From: Bdellovibrionales bacterium
Lineage (GTDB): Bacteria > Pseudomonadota > Alphaproteobacteria > UBA2400
Direction: 5' to 3'
Assembly (NCBI GenBank): GCA_039808765.1
Contig: JBDHTQ010000004.1
Coordinates: 4,642 to 68,641 of the forward strand
DNA length: 64,000 nucleotides
Shown: positions 13,270 through 23,567 of the stretch, piece after piece
Layout of the letters: each line of letters starts with the position of its first letter
Position numbering within the stretch: position 1 is the first letter of the stretch
The notes under the pieces: model-generated
Told to the model about the DNA's origin: nothing
The model's input: the letters and a program-made list of their open reading frames with translations, nothing else
Database searches by the model: none
Position numbers and translations under genes: made by a program

Positions 13270-13404
13270 AAATGATGTTAACTCATGTTAAAGAAAGCTT
13301 TATTTTAATTGTACGGTTTGCTTTGCTTGAGCGGATTTTTTGATTTTGCCTGCCGCAGTATGCTAAAATTTACCCATATTTGCAAACGTTTATAAGGAGC
13401 TATA

Positions 13405-13821
13405 ATGCCAAGGTTTTTATTTAATGAGCTTTCTTTATTTGTTGGTGCTGTTGCACTCGTGCTGGGCTTTAGCCAGACCTCTCTTTTGCGAACTAAGCCC
13501 GTTTTACCCGAGGGTTTGACTCCTGTGACAATGACAGATGTGCGTGCCTTAGATGCGGGTAAATTGCCTTTTCGGACTGCAAATACAGTTAATCTTGGGC
13601 GGGTTTATCCCGATGGTAGTTTTGGTTCGATTCCCGGAGCTGCCGCAACTTTTGCAGAATGCGTAGCCCGTGAACTCAAGCGTATTGATTACTCTCCGCA
13701 TATGGGTGATTCCTATCAAGACCTCTTGTTTGCTTATTGTTCAGGTAAAAATGGAGATCGTGTTTATATAACACCTGGTGGTAGTTTATACATGCCGCCT
13801 ACAGTCAATCCGGTTTTATGA
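13405..13821 (+). CDS. Hypothetical small secreted protein
   Basis: 138 aa with an N-terminal hydrophobic signal-like segment (LSLFVGAVALVLGF). It has two Cys, a good RBS (aaggag) 7 bp upstream, and no recognisable family. Confidence 0.45.
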   Translation: MPRFLFNELSLFVGAVALVLGFSQTSLLRTKPVLPEGLTPVTMTDVRALDAGKLPFRTANTVNLGRVYPDGSFGSIPGAAATFAECVARELKRIDYSPHMGDSYQDLLFAYCSGKNGDRVYITPGGSLYMPPTVNPVL

Positions 13822-13858
13822 ACATCTTTAGATTAACACGTGCTAATTTTTTAAGTGT

Positions 13859-15136
13859 TTAGCGAGCATAAATACGCAGCAGCTCCTCCCAAGATGTGGT
13901 GTAGCTTGGCGACGTATGAGATCGGCGTGATCGCCACTGACTATTGAGGCGTTCAGACGCGAAATAAACGGTATGCGCACCAAAAGTATGGTTAAGCTGA
14001 TCGATTGTTTTCATTAATGTCGTACTGCGTGTGCACCCGGATGACGGGCTGTTGAATAGGTCAAACCGTTGAAGCGGTTTGTCATATAAATCCATGAGCA
14101 GAACGCCGGCTTTTTGGTATTGCACCCCATCTATATACAGTGTGTTTAATGTTTGTAGCGCGTGGTGTATAATCTTGCGCGTATCTTGTGTTGCTTCATC
14201 AAGCGGCACCACGACGCTTTTTGAAAAGGCTTTGTTTTTTTCCGCAAAGCGATTGGCGCTTACAAACACGCAAAGCGCTTGGGCATATAAATGCTTTTCC
14301 CGTAGTTTTTCACTCGCGCGTGTACAAAAAGCGGTAAGAGCAGAGATAAGAGCATCTTTCTTGCTTATGCGCACGCCAAAGCTTCGTGACACCATAATTT
14401 GTTGACGGGCCGGCTGAATAATTTCCAACGGAAGACATGAAATGCCTTGAAGTTCCATGACTACGCGCTCCATAACGACTGAAAAAGCACGGCGAATGCG
14501 TTTGGGATCGGCTTCGCACAGTTCACGCACCGTACCAATTCCCAATCGTCGTAAGTGCGGTCCTGCGCGGCAACCAACACCCCACACTTCTTCTACCGGG
14601 ATGTTCTCCATCACGATCAGTGGGTTTTCCAGTGCTTGCCAATCACAGAGAGAAGGCCGTGGGCTGCGTTTGTTTTTGACAAGAAAGTTGGCAAGTTTAG
14701 CCAGTGTTTTTGTGGGGCCGATACCAATCGAGAGCGGTAATCCGGTCCACTGCTTAACACGATCAATCATGTTTTGAGCTAAATCCAAACGTTGTGAAGC
14801 GTTCTTCATGTGGCGCATGTCAAAAAAACACTCATCAATTGAGTAGACTTCTTGTTCTGGAGCCATATCTGCCAGAATCATCATCACCCGGTTGGATAGA
14901 TCACCATACAAACGGTAGTTAGAAGAAAAAACATGGATTTTATGATGCTGAATCATATCTTTTATTTTAAAAAACGGTGTTCCCATTGGCACGCCCAGTG
15001 CTTTTGCTTCGTTGCTGCGTGCGATGACACATCCGTCGTTGTTGGATAAAATAACGATGGGTTTACCTTCAAGTTGTGGCGCAAAAACGCGCTCACAGCT
15101 GGCATAAAAATTGTTGCAATCAGCCAGAGCAAACAT
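13859..15136 (-). CDS. umuC: Y-family error-prone DNA polymerase subunit UmuC
   Basis: The N-terminus [18 protein letters not shown]...[21 protein letters not shown] is typical of UmuC/DinB family proteins. Length is about 425 aa. Confidence 0.85.
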   Translation of the reverse strand: MFALADCNNFYASCERVFAPQLEGKPIVILSNNDGCVIARSNEAKALGVPMGTPFFKIKDMIQHHKIHVFSSNYRLYGDLSNRVMMILADMAPEQEVYSIDECFFDMRHMKNASQRLDLAQNMIDRVKQWTGLPLSIGIGPTKTLAKLANFLVKNKRSPRPSLCDWQALENPLIVMENIPVEEVWGVGCRAGPHLRRLGIGTVRELCEADPKRIRRAFSVVMERVVMELQGISCLPLEIIQPARQQIMVSRSFGVRISKKDALISALTAFCTRASEKLREKHLYAQALCVFVSANRFAEKNKAFSKSVVVPLDEATQDTRKIIHHALQTLNTLYIDGVQYQKAGVLLMDLYDKPLQRFDLFNSPSSGCTRSTTLMKTIDQLNHTFGAHTVYFASERLNSQWRSRRSHTSPSYTTSWEELLRIYAR

Positions 15137-15169
15137 GTGATGTTCTCCCATAAAGAGCAGGTATTTTTC

Positions 15170-15607
15170 CTAAAATGACCGGACCGAGTGTGCAACTACG
15201 CCCCAGATGGCAAGATCAGATCCTTCTTTAATTTCAATGGGGGGATAGCGGGGATTTTCAGGTAAAAGCAGAGTCTTGTTCTCGTTTTTAAACAAACGTT
15301 TAACAGTAAGCTCACCGTTGATTACGGCAATAACGATGGTGCCGCTTTTGGGTTCAAGGGCGCGGTCTACCACCAGCAAATCACCATTGTAGATGCCTGC
15401 ACCCGTCATTGAATCGCCTTGCACGCGTACAAAAAAAGTGGCGGCGGGGTGGCGAATAAGATGCTCGGTTAAATCCAGTTCTTTCTCCAGGTGATCGTCT
15501 GCGGGCGACGGAAATCCTGCTGAAATGCGGGCGGCATAAAGAGGAAAACGTCGACGCTTGATTGCGGGGGTGGGAAAGGGGATAACGGGTGCAAAGGGAT
15601 TCATCAC
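15170..15607 (-). CDS. umuD: UmuD/LexA-like S24 peptidase (SOS mutagenesis)
   Basis: The motif GDSMTGAGIYNGDLLVVDRALEPKSGTIVIAVINGELTVKRL is an S24 Ser/Lys dyad region. The gene lies directly upstream of umuC on the same strand. Confidence 0.85.
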   Translation of the reverse strand: MMNPFAPVIPFPTPAIKRRRFPLYAARISAGFPSPADDHLEKELDLTEHLIRHPAATFFVRVQGDSMTGAGIYNGDLLVVDRALEPKSGTIVIAVINGELTVKRLFKNENKTLLLPENPRYPPIEIKEGSDLAIWGVVAHSVRSF

Positions 15608-15721
15608 CAGACTCCAATGTTAGAGACACGTCGAGAAAGCCTGCAGCCGGAGTGCGTGGCTGTGGGCGTGTGCCGAGATAGAGTGTATTTTGCCATGATT
15701 TTTTTAGTAATCAAGCAAAAT

Positions 15722-15736
15722 GTTCTTGTTGTGTTC
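15722..15736. promoter_or_regulatory. Alphaproteobacterial-type LexA box GTTC-N7-GTTC in the umuD upstream region
   Basis: The exact direct repeat gttc ttgttgt gttc sits about 115 bp upstream of the umuD start, in the divergent intergenic region. A near-perfect palindrome ttcttgat-t-atcaagaa lies at about 15758-15774. Confidence 0.55.
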
Positions 15737-15840
15737 TTTTTTATTTTAACCCGTTTTAAAAAGGTTCTTGATTATCAAGAAAACCCACATACGTTGAGGA
15801 AGAGCCTGTGAAAAGTAGCTATTGTGTTAAGGAGTAAACA

Positions 15841-16260
15841 ATGATGACGCAAAATCTCCAGTCAGAAAATGAAGTACGTGAGGCTATTGCTCAATGGAGT
15901 GATGCGTTGATGCGGCAAGATGTTGACGCGATGTTGAAGGATTATGATCCCGACGTTGTGTTATACGATGTGGTAGGGCTGTATACGGGCGTGAAAGCCA
16001 TTCGTGATTTGTGGTTGGCGTGTTTTCCAAAAATGCCAAAAACATTTAAACTACAATATGATCAGATGGTTGTTCATGCGGGTGATGATACGGCGCTCAT
16101 GCATGCCTTGGCCTCTTTTTGTTCAGAAGCTGAGCCCGATCATCCTGCCTGCAAAAGCCCTGTTCGCGTTACTGTTGCGTATCGCAAAAAAGCAGGGATC
16201 TGGCATGTTGTGCATGAGCACGTTTCGGTGCCCATGATGGTTAGTGATTGCGCAGCGTAA
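15841..16260 (+). CDS. SnoaL-like/NTF2-like small protein
   Basis: 139 aa with the beginning MTQNLQSENEVREAIAQWSDALMRQDVDAMLKDYDPDVVLYD, typical of the SnoaL_2/DUF4440 fold. The RBS is ggag. Confidence 0.55.
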   Translation: MMTQNLQSENEVREAIAQWSDALMRQDVDAMLKDYDPDVVLYDVVGLYTGVKAIRDLWLACFPKMPKTFKLQYDQMVVHAGDDTALMHALASFCSEAEPDHPACKSPVRVTVAYRKKAGIWHVVHEHVSVPMMVSDCAA

Positions 16261-16274
16261 CAATGAATATTTTA

Positions 16275-16375
16275 GAGCAAATCCCAAAAGATGGAATCGG
16301 CGAGACCCTCTTTGACGATGTATTCGCGTTAAAAAAATGAAACGAGCGCGTCTATCTTCGGTAGATGCGCTCGAG
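16275..16375. repeat. Dispersed intergenic repeat copy B ending in an imperfect GC-rich stem-loop with a UUCG-type loop, followed by a T-run
   Basis: It aligns to 9561-9660. The hairpin is gagcgcgtctatcTTCGgtagatgcgctc, followed 9 nt later by tattatattttttgattt. Confidence 0.6.
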
Positions 16376-16629
16376 TCCACGAAATATTATATTTTTTGAT
16401 TTGAAGGAATAGGAAATATTATGTAGTTAACAGATGTTTTTAACGAACGTATTGCGTCCAGAGTGGCTATGATTGTTGCGGCAGGCTGTTAGCGCGCATG
16501 CCACAGACCAAATTCTAAGCTTAGAGCTGCGCCTTAAAGATGTCGCACCAGTCTTTGATGCAGCCGAGCATCATAAAAAAGGCGCACCATTTTTTAGCAT
16601 GGGGCGCCTTTTAATGTTTACATTGATGC

Positions 16630-17748
16630 TTATACCCTCATCGGCATCAGCACAAAAAGCGCAGAGCTATCGTTCGCTGCACTGATGATCGTGGGTGAGC
16701 CGCTATCCGCCAGCTTGACTTGCACTGTATCGCTGTCAACCTGCTGAATGATTTCATACAAGTAGCGACTGTTGAAACCGATATCCAAGTCGGTGGTATC
16801 GTAGCTGACTTCAATCTCTTCATCCGCGGTACCCAGAGCGTCGGGGCTATTAGCTGTTAAACGCAATGTGCCATCACGCAAAGAAAGCTTTACGATGCGG
16901 GTCTTTTCAGAAGCAATGGTTGCGACACGATCCACTGCATCTGCTAAGGCTTTGCGGTTAGCTTGCATGATTTTATCATTACCGGCCGGGATCACGCGTT
17001 CGTAGTCAGGGAATTTTCCATCAATCAGCTTGGTGGTGAGAATGGTGTTGCCAATACTGATGCGGGCTTTTGTTGCCGAGAAAGCCAGAACGACATCTTG
17101 CTCACCTTCGTCGAGCAGTTTGCGGATTTCGCCAACGGATTTGCGTGGAATGATCACGCCGGGCAGTGCCTCTCCTCCTGCAGGCAAGGGGATCTCTGTG
17201 CGAGCCAAACGATGGCCATCGGTGGCCACAGCCCGCAACAAAGGTGTTGCGCCAGAAGAGGCGGAGTGTAGATAAATTCCGTTCAGATAATAGCGCGTCT
17301 CTTCGGTTGACATGGCGAAGCGTGTGCTATCAATCAGATGAACGAGACTCTTCGAATCCAATGAGAATTGGCAGTTAAGATCAGCACCGACCATTTGCGG
17401 AAAGTCATCGACGGGCAAACAGCCGAGTTTAAAATTAGAGCGTCCAGCGCGAATGGAGAGTTGTTCTTTGCCGGTTACATACTCCAACTCAACCTCTGCT
17501 CCGTCGGGCAGTTTTCGCACAATGTCGTAGAGCATACCGGCTGGCGCTGTTGTTGCGCCTGCGAGGGCTACGTCAGCGGGGATGGTTTCAACCAGTTCAA
17601 TTTCCATATCGCTGGCGATTAAGGTGAGATGTCCTTGTTCGGCGCGTAAGAGGACATTGGAAAGAATCGGAATCGTGTTACGACGCTCAACAACACCTTG
17701 GGTATGGGCAAGGGCTTTTAGAAAGGCAGAGCGGTCAATGGTTAATTT
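16630..17748 (-). CDS. dnaN: DNA polymerase III beta sliding clamp
   Basis: MKLTIDRSAFLKALAHTQGVVERRNTIPILSNVLL is the canonical DnaN N-terminus. Length is about 372 aa, with the start at the internal Met of the 398 aa ORF. Confidence 0.9.
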   Translation of the reverse strand, partial: KLTIDRSAFLKALAHTQGVVERRNTIPILSNVLLRAEQGHLTLIASDMEIELVETIPADVALAGATTAPAGMLYDIVRKLPDGAEVELEYVTGKEQLSIRAGRSNFKLGCLPVDDFPQMVGADLNCQFSLDSKSLVHLIDSTRFAMSTEETRYYLNGIYLHSASSGATPLLRAVATDGHRLARTEIPLPAGGEALPGVIIPRKSVGEIRKLLDEGEQDVVLAFSATKARISIGNTILTTKLIDGKFPDYERVIPAGNDKIMQANRKALADAVDRVATIASEKTRIVKLSLRDGTLRLTANSPDALGTADEEIEVSYDTTDLDIGFNSRYLYEIIQQVDSDTVQVKLADSGSPTIISAANDSSALFVLMPMRV

Positions 17749-17855
17749 CATGGGCTTCCTCATGCGAAAAAGTGCGACTTTTCCTATAGCACGATTCGAT
17801 ACCAAGCAAGCATGAACTTGCAACAAAACGTCTTGAAGATCTTAATTTTTGATGA

Positions 17856-19637
17856 TTATGCAGCCAACCCGCCTGCCTGCAAGCGCCATAGGCGGGCATA
17901 AACGCCCTCAAGGGCCAGTAATTGAACATGGGAGCCTTTTTCAATGATCTGGCCTTTGTCCATGACGTAAATCAAGTCAGACTCCGCAATTGTAGAGAGG
18001 CGGTGGGCAATTGCCAACGTTGTTTTGCCTTTTTGCAACTCAGCGAGTGCCATTTGCACGGCGCGCTCCGACTCGCTGTCGAGCGCTGAGGTTGCCTCAT
18101 CCAGCAAAAGAATGGGGGCGTTCCTCAACATTGCGCGGGCAATACTGATGCGTTGACGCTGCCCGCCGGAAAGGCGGGTACCGTTTTCGCCCACAATCGT
18201 ATCGTATCCTTGGGGGAGGGAAAGAATAAAATCATGGGCATAAGCGGCTTTTGCTGCGGCTTCTACATCGATATCGCTGGCTGATTCGCTGCCATAACGA
18301 ATATTGGCGCGAATGGTATCATCAAACATCGCAACATCTTGAGACACGAGCGCAAAATATTTGCGTAGACTGGCAAAAGTGACGTCGCGCACATCAACCC
18401 CACCCACTTTTACTGCGCCCTGTTGAACGTCATACATACGCAAAATCAGGTTGAGCAAAGACGATTTACCTGCGCCAGAGGGGCCGATAACCGCAACGGC
18501 TTTTCCGGTAGGAATAGTGAAAGAAACTTCCTGTAAAACGGGCTGTTCGGGGTCGTAGCCGAACGTGACGTTGGAGAACTCCACCGTCGAATCGTGCAAA
18601 GTAAGCACCTGTGCGTCGGGTTGTTCATTGACGGTCGTAGGGTGATCAAGTACCAGAAAAACCCGCTCTGCTGCTGCCAAGCCTGCCTGAATTTGCCCGT
18701 TCAGTTTTGTAAGCTTTTTTGTGGGTTCGTAGGCCAGCAGAAAAGCTGTGATGAATGACATCAAATCTCCGGGTGTGCTATGTCCGAGCATAATTTGATG
18801 GCCGCCATAAACCATTACCATTACAATAGCTGCGCCACTCAAAATTTCATTGATTGGTGTGGTGTAGTTTGAAATACGAAAAGCTTTTACTGTGAGTTTG
18901 TAAAGGTGATCAATTTTTTTTCCTACGCGCTGCTCTTCATAGTTTTCTGTTCCATAAGCTTTGACTTGGCGTGCGGCAACAAAGGTTTGCCCCATGACGG
19001 ATGAAATATCGCCGATCGCCTCTTGTGTCTGTCGCCAGACTCGGCGGAGTTTCTTGACGATTTTTGCCACAAAATATCCTGCTAACGGAAATGCAATAAA
19101 CGAAATAATAGCGAGCTTTGGGTCGCGCCAAAACATGACACTCACCAGAATGATTAAGCTCAAGGCGCTTGAACCCACACCAATTAACGATTCGCCTACA
19201 GCTAGCCGCATAACCTGCACATCATTAATCACGCGTGAGAGAAGCTGACCCGATGCGTTGGCGTGAAGGTAGGCAAGATCAGAGCGAATGAGGCTGGAGT
19301 ACAGCTGTCGTTGCGTCGTTGCGACGATACGCTGACCAATGGTGTTGAGTTGTATGGCATTGAGGTATCCGCTGATGCCGCGCAGGGTGAAAACAATGAA
19401 GACGGCGGCTGCAACCTCCACAAGTCTTGCTTCGTTTTGGACACGAAAAACCTCATCAATGACGGGCTTCATCAGCACGGCTAAAGCGCCGGTCATGGCT
19501 GCTGAAACAGCCATGAAAAAAAACGCACTGCACAACAGCCGCCAATGGGGGCGCAAATATTCTTTTATCAATCGTTTAAGTAGAACGCGCCCCGAGAGCG
19601 TGAGTTGATAATCTTTTTGCGGCTTTGGATTTTTCAC
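17856..19637 (-). CDS. ABC transporter, fused permease/ATPase (MsbA-like exporter)
   Basis: The N-terminal half has six transmembrane segments. The C-terminal half carries Walker A GPSGAGKSS, the signature LSGGQRQR and Walker B ILLLDEATSALD. Confidence 0.85.
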   Translation of the reverse strand: MKNPKPQKDYQLTLSGRVLLKRLIKEYLRPHWRLLCSAFFFMAVSAAMTGALAVLMKPVIDEVFRVQNEARLVEVAAAVFIVFTLRGISGYLNAIQLNTIGQRIVATTQRQLYSSLIRSDLAYLHANASGQLLSRVINDVQVMRLAVGESLIGVGSSALSLIILVSVMFWRDPKLAIISFIAFPLAGYFVAKIVKKLRRVWRQTQEAIGDISSVMGQTFVAARQVKAYGTENYEEQRVGKKIDHLYKLTVKAFRISNYTTPINEILSGAAIVMVMVYGGHQIMLGHSTPGDLMSFITAFLLAYEPTKKLTKLNGQIQAGLAAAERVFLVLDHPTTVNEQPDAQVLTLHDSTVEFSNVTFGYDPEQPVLQEVSFTIPTGKAVAVIGPSGAGKSSLLNLILRMYDVQQGAVKVGGVDVRDVTFASLRKYFALVSQDVAMFDDTIRANIRYGSESASDIDVEAAAKAAYAHDFILSLPQGYDTIVGENGTRLSGGQRQRISIARAMLRNAPILLLDEATSALDSESERAVQMALAELQKGKTTLAIAHRLSTIAESDLIYVMDKGQIIEKGSHVQLLALEGVYARLWRLQAGGLAA

Positions 19638-19697
19638 ACCCGTTCTCCAGTAATTCTTACCATTCTCTATACTGGTTCTTGGGTGCTAATGCAAATC

Positions 19698-20510
19698 TCA
19701 CGGTGTTCCGGGATGGGTCAACGTATGGTTCTTGATTTTTCCGATAAGGCGTCGGGCGCATTTAGGGGGTAAATGTCCTTTCCCTTTTCCCTTGACGTCG
19801 GGAATAACAATTTGTGGGGGGCGCTTGCGTTTGTTTCGTACGTCTTTACAGTGACGCGCGGGTGTGTGTTTTCTCTTTGGCTTTGCGGCCATTCCAAATG
19901 CAGCTTCAAGGGCCTCTCTTACGGTTTGATCTTGAGAGCATTCTGTTAAGCCAGTGGTTGCTTTTGATTCTTCGGCAGCCCTTGCAAAAGCAGCTTCAAG
20001 AAGCTCTCGCATGTTCACTTCATGTGAGCCTTCTGCAATTGCACTTTTTTCGTTTTGTGGCGACGCAGGTATTTCTTCAAGAGGTTGTGTCTCTTCTAAA
20101 TCTAAGCTTTTTAGACGTTCTTTTCGGGAAATAAAACGACCATGCTCATCTTTATGCTGATGTTTTTGCAATTTTCTTCGATTTTTTTTTGTTGCGCGTG
20201 CACGTAGGGCTTGTGCAACTTCCATGAATGAACCCTCCCCATCTTGCTGGGGCGGAATAAAGACTTTACCGCCTGATTTTGTGCGTGCAGCCTGGCGCAG
20301 CAAGATTTTTGGGATATTAAATTCATGTTGCCTTTCAAGGGCGTTCAATCGGTCGATATCCTGCTCAACCGCCATTTCACGCCACCCCGCTTGCTTTAAT
20401 GCATATTCAGCGTTTTTTGCAGTAATTGGGCCTGATTTATCTCTTGGTGTGTAGTGATGTCTGCGAGGCTGTCTTTGAGAGGTATGTCTCATGGCGCGGG
20501 TCGGACGCAT
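19698..20510 (-). CDS. Hypothetical highly basic low-complexity protein
   Basis: 270 aa, rich in Lys/Arg. It contains repeated EALEAAFG and ELLEAAFARAAEE motifs. Confidence 0.4.
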   Translation of the reverse strand: MRPTRAMRHTSQRQPRRHHYTPRDKSGPITAKNAEYALKQAGWREMAVEQDIDRLNALERQHEFNIPKILLRQAARTKSGGKVFIPPQQDGEGSFMEVAQALRARATKKNRRKLQKHQHKDEHGRFISRKERLKSLDLEETQPLEEIPASPQNEKSAIAEGSHEVNMRELLEAAFARAAEESKATTGLTECSQDQTVREALEAAFGMAAKPKRKHTPARHCKDVRNKRKRPPQIVIPDVKGKGKGHLPPKCARRLIGKIKNHTLTHPGTP

Positions 20511-20613
20511 GATGATCCTTTAAAAAATTGAAAATTCCTACGCCTCTTCTCTCACAAAAAAAGAGAGAAAAGCAAGCTTTATCCCTCTCTTAAAACAAAA
20601 ATATTTTTATGTG

Positions 20614-21993
20614 TTAGTCGAACAGTCCTGCCGTAGCGACACCACTTTGTTCAAGCTGCTCAACAAGTGATTTTTTCAAAATATCTAAACCTGTTTCGGA
20701 AGATGATTCCGCGCGGGCGACCAAAACGTCCTGCGTATTGGATGCTCTTAACAGCCACCATCCTTCAGGGGTGTTGACGCGTACACCGTCTATATCAATA
20801 ACGCTAATATCTGCACGCTGGTTCAGGCGCGCTTTAATTTCCTCTACGATAGCAAACTTGCGCGGCTCATCCACCTGAAAGCGTACTTCTGGAGTGTTAA
20901 TGCCAGCGGGCAGAGCTTCACGCAGCTGTGCCAATGTTTGGGTGCACGCGCCCAAGAGATTGAGCAATTTAATGCCGCCATAAAGGGCATCATCAAAGCC
21001 ATAATTGTCAGCAAAAAAGATGTGGCCCGACATTTCTCCCGCCAAGGGAGAGCCAATCTCAGCCATTTTAGCCTTAATTAGCGAATGGCCGGTTTTCCAC
21101 ATCAGTGGTTTGCCGCCTAAGCGCGCAATTTCATCATAGAGAGTTTGGCTGGCTTTTACATCGGCAATGATGGTTGCTCCGGGCTGTTCTTTTAAAACAT
21201 CCGAGGCATAGAGTGCGAGCAACTGATCGCCCCACACCACATGTCCGGTATTATCTATCGCGCCCACGCGATCGGCATCGCCATCAAAGCCGATTCCCAC
21301 ATCGGCTTTCTGTTCTAGGACGGTTTTTTTCAAATCAACAAGATTTTTTTCAACCGTCGGATCGGGGTGGTGATTGGGAAAATTGCCATCAATATCGCCA
21401 AAAAGAATGGTGTGCTCGCCGGGCAACCGTGCGACCAGTTTTTGCAACATTTCACCGCCTGCACCGTTGCCATTGTCCCAAACAACCTTGAGCGGACGGG
21501 GTGATTTATAGCTGGCTACTAACATGTCGATATAGGCATCGCGCACATCAACGGTTTTTTCTTGCCCCTGACCCTGTTCAAGATTACCTGTTTCTGAAAG
21601 CCTGCCGATTTCTTGAATCGCCTCGCCATAGACAGGGCCTTTATGAAGCATTTTAATGCCGTTGTAGTCGGGCGGGTTGTGAGAGCCTGTGATCATCACA
21701 CCAGCATCGGCTTTAAGATGTTTGACCGAAAAATAAAGCATCGGTGTGGGGCCTAACCCGATCATCACTACATCTACACCTGATTGGCGCAATCCTTCTG
21801 ACATTGCAGCGGCAAAAGAGGGTGAGCTATGACGACCATCGTAGCCTACGCACACCATGTGTCCACCTGCACGTTTGATTATTGTGCCGAATGCGTGGCC
21901 GGTGGCTTTGACATCCAAAGCGCTCAGTGTTTTGTCAACGATACCGCGAATGTCATATTCGCGCAAAATTCCGGGGTCTAAACGATAGGCCAT
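20614..21993 (-). CDS. Phosphoglucomutase/phosphomannomutase
   Basis: The active-site region [17 protein letters not shown] and the metal-binding region GFDGDADR are present. Likely start is MAYRLDP. Confidence 0.85.
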   Translation of the reverse strand: MAYRLDPGILREYDIRGIVDKTLSALDVKATGHAFGTIIKRAGGHMVCVGYDGRHSSPSFAAAMSEGLRQSGVDVVMIGLGPTPMLYFSVKHLKADAGVMITGSHNPPDYNGIKMLHKGPVYGEAIQEIGRLSETGNLEQGQGQEKTVDVRDAYIDMLVASYKSPRPLKVVWDNGNGAGGEMLQKLVARLPGEHTILFGDIDGNFPNHHPDPTVEKNLVDLKKTVLEQKADVGIGFDGDADRVGAIDNTGHVVWGDQLLALYASDVLKEQPGATIIADVKASQTLYDEIARLGGKPLMWKTGHSLIKAKMAEIGSPLAGEMSGHIFFADNYGFDDALYGGIKLLNLLGACTQTLAQLREALPAGINTPEVRFQVDEPRKFAIVEEIKARLNQRADISVIDIDGVRVNTPEGWWLLRASNTQDVLVARAESSSETGLDILKKSLVEQLEQSGVATAGLFD

Positions 21994-21994
21994 T

Positions 21995-22867
21995 TTATGC
22001 TCCCTGATATTTTTTAAGAAAATCCTGCACTTCGCTGCGCATTTCCGGACGTGCGAGGGCAAAGGCCAGGTTGGCTTCAAGCCAGCCTAGTTTGTCGCCG
22101 CAATCAAAGCGGATTCCGTCAAAACGGAAGGCGTGGAAGGGCTGAGTTTTCATCAGTTTGGCCATACCATCGGTGAGTTGAATTTCACCCCCCGGTCCTT
22201 CCCCAAGATTTTCAAGAATATCGAAAATTTCGGGTTGCAAAATATAGCGACCAATAATCGCAAGATTCGATGGTGCTGTGCCTGCCTTTGGTTTCTCGAT
22301 CATTGATTTAATTTCTGTTCGTTGGCCGGTTGATTCGCCAGGAACAATAATACCGTAACGGTGTGTGTGTTGTGGCGGGACCTCCTGTACGGCCATAAAA
22401 TTACCGCCAACTTCATAATAAGAGTCGATAATTTGCTTCAGGCACGCGCGATCTGAAAGCACGACATCATCGGGGAGCAGAACCGCAAAAGGGAGATCCC
22501 CAACCAGTCGTTTGGCGCACCATATTGCGTGACCCAACCCCAGCGGCGTATGTTGACGAACCACATTTAAGTGCCCGGTCGGAATTTCTGCTGCAGTTAC
22601 CGAAGCAAGCCCTTCTGTTTTACCACGGCGTTCCAAAACGTTATTAAGCTCGTGGATGCGATCAAAATGATCTTCCATCACGGTTTTACCCGCAGAAGAA
22701 ACAAAAACAAAATTAGTGATTCCCGCTTCGCGCGCTTCTGCTACCGCATGTTCAATGAGCGGGCGATCGACAAGGGTGAGCATCTCTTTGGGAATGGCTT
22801 TGGTCGCAGGGAGAAAGCGTGTCCCCAATCCTGCAACGGGAAAAACTGCTGTTTGGACAGGGCGCAT
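21995..22867 (-). CDS. galU: UTP--glucose-1-phosphate uridylyltransferase
   Basis: [24 protein letters not shown] is the GalU N-terminal motif. Confidence 0.85.
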   Translation of the reverse strand: MRPVQTAVFPVAGLGTRFLPATKAIPKEMLTLVDRPLIEHAVAEAREAGITNFVFVSSAGKTVMEDHFDRIHELNNVLERRGKTEGLASVTAAEIPTGHLNVVRQHTPLGLGHAIWCAKRLVGDLPFAVLLPDDVVLSDRACLKQIIDSYYEVGGNFMAVQEVPPQHTHRYGIIVPGESTGQRTEIKSMIEKPKAGTAPSNLAIIGRYILQPEIFDILENLGEGPGGEIQLTDGMAKLMKTQPFHAFRFDGIRFDCGDKLGWLEANLAFALARPEMRSEVQDFLKKYQGA

Positions 22868-23079
22868 TGGGCGAGAAGATGTCATCATTCAATCCTGTGA
22901 TAAAATATACAATTGCTGCTTACTACCGTGTAAGCAACACTGCTACACCCTAGCGGCGCGCTCACCTTTGGGCAATCACAGAATATCGAAAAGAATACAC
23001 CACAACCGCGCGCATTGTCGCGGTTAGAAAATCCGGTTTTAACCTTGTTTAATGAAGCGCTGATTCGTGAGCAGAAAAA

Positions 23080-23322
23080 TCAGACGTCTGTAATTTTTCC
23101 AGATGGCTTAACGCTAATGACGCAGTCTTTGTTGATTAAACGGACAGCGCCAGCCACATCCTCAAAAGGAATAAACTTGCGGCTATCGTTTAACATATCG
23201 AGGGCTCTTTGTCCTTTTGCTAAGAAGAAATAGCCTTTCATTCCGTTTCCGGAAGACAAAAGCAGCTCAACTTCCTGCTTGTCTTTTATGATTTTCATTT
23301 CTGTTAAAACGCCAATAGACAC
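23080..23322 (-). CDS. Hypothetical small protein (80 aa)
   Basis: ORF only; no family recognised. Confidence 0.3.
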   Translation of the reverse strand: MSIGVLTEMKIIKDKQEVELLLSSGNGMKGYFFLAKGQRALDMLNDSRKFIPFEDVAGAVRLINKDCVISVKPSGKITDV

Positions 23323-23567
23323 GTCCCTACCTCCGTCTGTTTTTGATTCATGCCGACACGAATAGCCGACAGTATAATCATAATTGAATGAACCAATAGT
23401 CCCTTTTTGTGATCATTGGCTAAAAAGCTTAATAATTTTATAATGATATATTATAATGTGGTTTAATAAAAATTAATCGAAAATTATAGTTAAAATGCTG
23501 TTTTTTTTGAAGAAAATCTTCATTTTTACGGGGCCTTTAAAGCTTCCTTAGGAACACATGGGTTATC

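Noticed and set aside
13618-13632. tRNA-like T-loop string ggttcgattcc
   Set aside because: It lies inside a well-formed ORF (13405-13821). Flanking bases cannot form a T-stem or acceptor stem, so it is not a tRNA.
20511-20613. Hairpin ctcttctctcacaaaaaaagagagaaaag downstream of pgm as a terminator
   Set aside because: The A/T run is inside the loop rather than following the stem on the transcribed (minus) strand, so it is not a canonical intrinsic terminator. It is left unannotated.
22889-23079. Inverted repeat aaccgcgcgcattgtcgcggtt in the galU upstream region
   Set aside because: It is a 7 bp stem without a following U-tract on either strand. It could be an operator, but there is no supporting second copy or motif, so the support is too weak to call.
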